Source: Octopus sinensis
Taxonomy: Eukaryota
Direction of reading: 5' to 3'
Assembly: GCF_006345805.1 (NCBI RefSeq)
Contig: NW_021823868.1
Location: forward strand, 1-20,734
Length of the DNA: 20,734 bases
Position 1 is the stretch's first letter. Each line of letters opens with the position of its first letter. The translations under genes and the position numbers were made by a program. The notes beneath the pieces were generated by a model. The model saw only the letters and a program-made list of their open reading frames with translations, did no database searches and was not told where the DNA came from. Of this stretch, positions 20,231-20,734 are shown in pieces.

Positions 20231-20519
20231 GCCTTCAACAGAGATGCTATCAATATAGGGTAATAAGTATTGATGTTGAGCAGTCAAGCTCTACAGTAGC
20301 ATGCCGTTGGAAAATAAGATCATACGAGGGGACATTCAAAGTGGTCCCGTAAGAAATAAATAACCGATAGAATTACCCAGGGTTTATAAGTGAAATTAAA
20401 ACGAAGACAAAACACATCCCTAGAATGATTTTGATGACATAAAATATATTTACAATTTGAGTTTTAAATCATGTGAAAAGCGCTGCTTAATTAAACTCGA
20501 ATCTAATCTTTCCTCTTCC

Positions 20520-20734
20520 TCAGAGCAGAGATATATCTTTACAAAAACCCTTGTCAGTCCACCTCATGGTCCTAGCGAGCGAAATTGAAGAGGGTGTCGT
20601 TCTGAGGATTGCAAGGGAGAAGCGCTGGAGCACCCACTCTGACTCTCGAGGCTCGCACTCGCGGACAGCCATCTCCAAAAGCAGAGATGTGGTACGGGGA
20701 CTGAGAACGCCAGTGGTCTTCACTGCCACAGGCT
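20520..20734 (-). mobile_element. C-terminal restriction-like endonuclease end of a CRE-clade-like non-LTR retrotransposon, continuing beyond the window
   Basis: The minus frame reads PVAVKTTGVLSPRTTSLLLEMAVRECEPRESEWVLQRFSLAILRTTPSSISLA. This matches the CRE-type P.AVET.G...L.QR.S.AI.RGNA.SI motif. GC content is well above the flanks. Confidence 0.75.

Noticed and set aside
20323-20345. TA|CGAGGGGACATTCAAAGT resembling a mariner TIR start
   Set aside because: No partner TIR or transposase sequence lies in the window; it could be resolved with downstream sequence.

Overview
AT-rich, repeat-saturated eukaryotic DNA with no intact protein-coding gene that I can support. Most ORFs in the track are translations of simple repeats, and a few overlap decayed retroelements. 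The tRNA-derived SINE families and the very high microsatellite density point to an octopod cephalopod; this is recognition, not a database result. The window contains at least four SINE families, including a trimer and a TSD-flanked dimer of one family. It also holds decayed non-LTR retrotransposons of several clades: Tx1/L1 (7265-9100, +), R4/Dong-like inside a (TAA)n tract (-), RTE (+), CRE-like (-, running off the right edge) and possibly CR1-like (-). A probable Penelope-like remnant carries a minimal hammerhead-like motif. The most interesting signal is a possible SINE-LINE partnership. The 3' tail of the multimer-forming SINE resembles the extreme 3' end of the Tx1/L1 element in the same window. 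Its repeat units and its 16-bp TSD start with the same GGTATT hexamer, which suggests a SINE that targets its own head.
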